A stretch of 18,241 nt of DNA, taken from positions 301-18,541 of the forward strand of contig PKZK01000033.1 in NCBI GenBank assembly GCA_003133025.1, given 5' to 3'. Position 1 is the first letter of the stretch. Each line of letters starts with the position of its first letter. The translations under genes and the position numbers were made by a program. Positions 17,901 through 18,241 of this stretch are shown piece by piece. The stretch comes from Vulcanimicrobiota bacterium. GTDB lineage: Bacteria; Vulcanimicrobiota; Vulcanimicrobiia; Vulcanimicrobiales; Vulcanimicrobiaceae. The notes beneath the pieces were generated by a model. It did no database searches and was not told the origin of the DNA. It worked only from the letters and a program-made list of their open reading frames with translations.

Positions 17901-18241
17901 GTGCGCCAACTCGAGAAGCGCCGCCAGACGTTCGTCGCCGAAGGCGAAGCCGACTGGGGTCTGGCCGAGTCGCTGGCGTTCGCGTCGCTCTTGAGCGAGG
18001 GCACGCCGATCCGGCTCACCGGCCAGGATACGCAGCGCGGCACCTTCAGCCACCGCCACGTCATGCTGCACGACGCCAAGTCGACGCGCGAATACGCGCC
18101 GCTGCAACATCTGGCCGGCGCCTTGGCCTCGTTCGAAATCTACAACAGCCCGCTCTCGGAATACGCCTGCATGGGCTTCGAGTACGGCTACAGCGTGGAG
18201 TTGCCCAAGGCACTCGTGCTGTGGGAAGCGCAGTTCGGCGA
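14988..18241 (+). CDS. sucA: Multifunctional 2-oxoglutarate dehydrogenase: lipoyl domain + PSBD + E2 succinyltransferase + E1o (OdhA/KGD-like); 3' end beyond window
   Basis: Manual translation from GTG at 14988 (GGAG RBS), all motifs in one frame: LPEMGESVTEG, TTDKVDVEVP, LAGSGPEGLVTRDDV, TLTNPGGIG, TYDHRVIQG, YRRHGH, GMAHRGRL, GDVKYHHG, NPSHLE, HGDAAF, NNQIGFTT, GHNETDEP, RGTFSHRH, LWEAQFG. Not in the ORF track. Confidence 0.95.
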   Translation, partial: MPETIVSVTLPEMGESVTEGSVVEWRVKPGQWIEEGATLVDITTDKVDVEVPAPASGLVKAVLAGEGDTVLVGATLAEIDTSAEKPAEGAAPAAATNGAAKPAPAAKTATGNGHAVGGPISYRAQRLAEREHLDLSKLAGSGPEGLVTRDDVIRAVSTPAGRAALAGNGKAASAHPAPPLPPPGATIVPLKGPAGSLVGYMEASLAIPTATSFRTLQVGVLEQRRVEANAALKSAGRREKLSFTHLIAYALVRAAKSDPAIVASFRREDGSPARVESGIHLGIAVDAQRKDGSRVLVVPVIRDAASLGFADFRARYDELIAKARDGKLVADELTGATFTLTNPGGIGTVASVPRLMQGQGAIIAAGAIGYPAGFQRAPEATLRQLGVEKTMTLTSTYDHRVIQGAQSGEYLRVVDQLLQGAEGFYEDAFASLGIGAPRALPTGSPLAPAQPVAVTDQPAVAPREFEPYSDELLRAVAAGMAIVSSYRRHGHLAATLDPLGTQPQGDPALDWHNYGLTPSVMSAVPAAVLRTKLKGSTLADIVEKLRETYGSTIAYEVEHIANIEQREWLRDYIESGKHFVPISPDRARDVLGRLTKVETFERYLRKTYIGQKTFSIEGVDAMVPMLEEIITLLSDDGVQTAVIGMAHRGRLATIAHVVNRPYEELLAEFEAADLRRADAADADDVTGDVKYHHGAEGTYPTRPGVEIAVTLANNPSHLEAVDGVVEGRTRALQTDHDTPIAKLVTGRAAPILIHGDAAFSAQGVVAEVLNLQALAGYATGGTLHIIANNQIGFTTDPSDARSTRYASDLAKGFDVPIVHVNADDVDACMAAVHLAVDFRRRFGHDVIIDLIGYRRFGHNETDEPAYTQPGLYERIKTHPTVRELYAQKLIAQGVIGADEANALSTAATVRITEAHQAVKNGTWHRPPAISPPAPDVADDVKLDTTVSREKLLAWNDELLAVPPSFTVHPKLVRQLEKRRQTFVAEGEADWGLAESLAFASLLSEGTPIRLTGQDTQRGTFSHRHVMLHDAKSTREYAPLQHLAGALASFEIYNSPLSEYACMGFEYGYSVELPKALVLWEAQFG

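Noticed and set aside
14730..18110. Long minus-strand ORFs (14730..15383, 15408..17339, 17406..18110)
   Set aside because: Antisense shadows of the plus-strand ODH fusion gene

Overview
GC-rich bacterial chromosomal window with no mobile element or CRISPR array seen. The left arm (minus strand) holds an NAD-dependent epimerase-like gene, then a TetR regulator with a leaderless sigma70-type promoter and an operator palindrome, then maoC-like, SDR, TetA-like MFS and murA genes chained by GTGA overlaps; murA runs off the left edge and is absent from the ORF track. The middle holds an EamA-MFS-SDR operon, tRNA-Leu(CAG) with a bidirectional terminator, an aldo/keto reductase, an internally deleted MFS relic, an isochorismatase-family hydrolase and an Fpg/Nei glycosylase. 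The right arm holds six consecutive exported proteins: two paralogous lipoproteins, a SorA-like molybdoenzyme with an atypical Tat motif, a monoheme cytochrome c, an unknown secreted protein and a CHRD/Cu-SOD-like protein. These are followed by a large ORF, also missed by the track, that fuses lipoyl, PSBD, E2 succinyltransferase and E1o domains of 2-oxoglutarate dehydrogenase and runs off the right edge. All assignments come from motifs read by eye; no database search was run.
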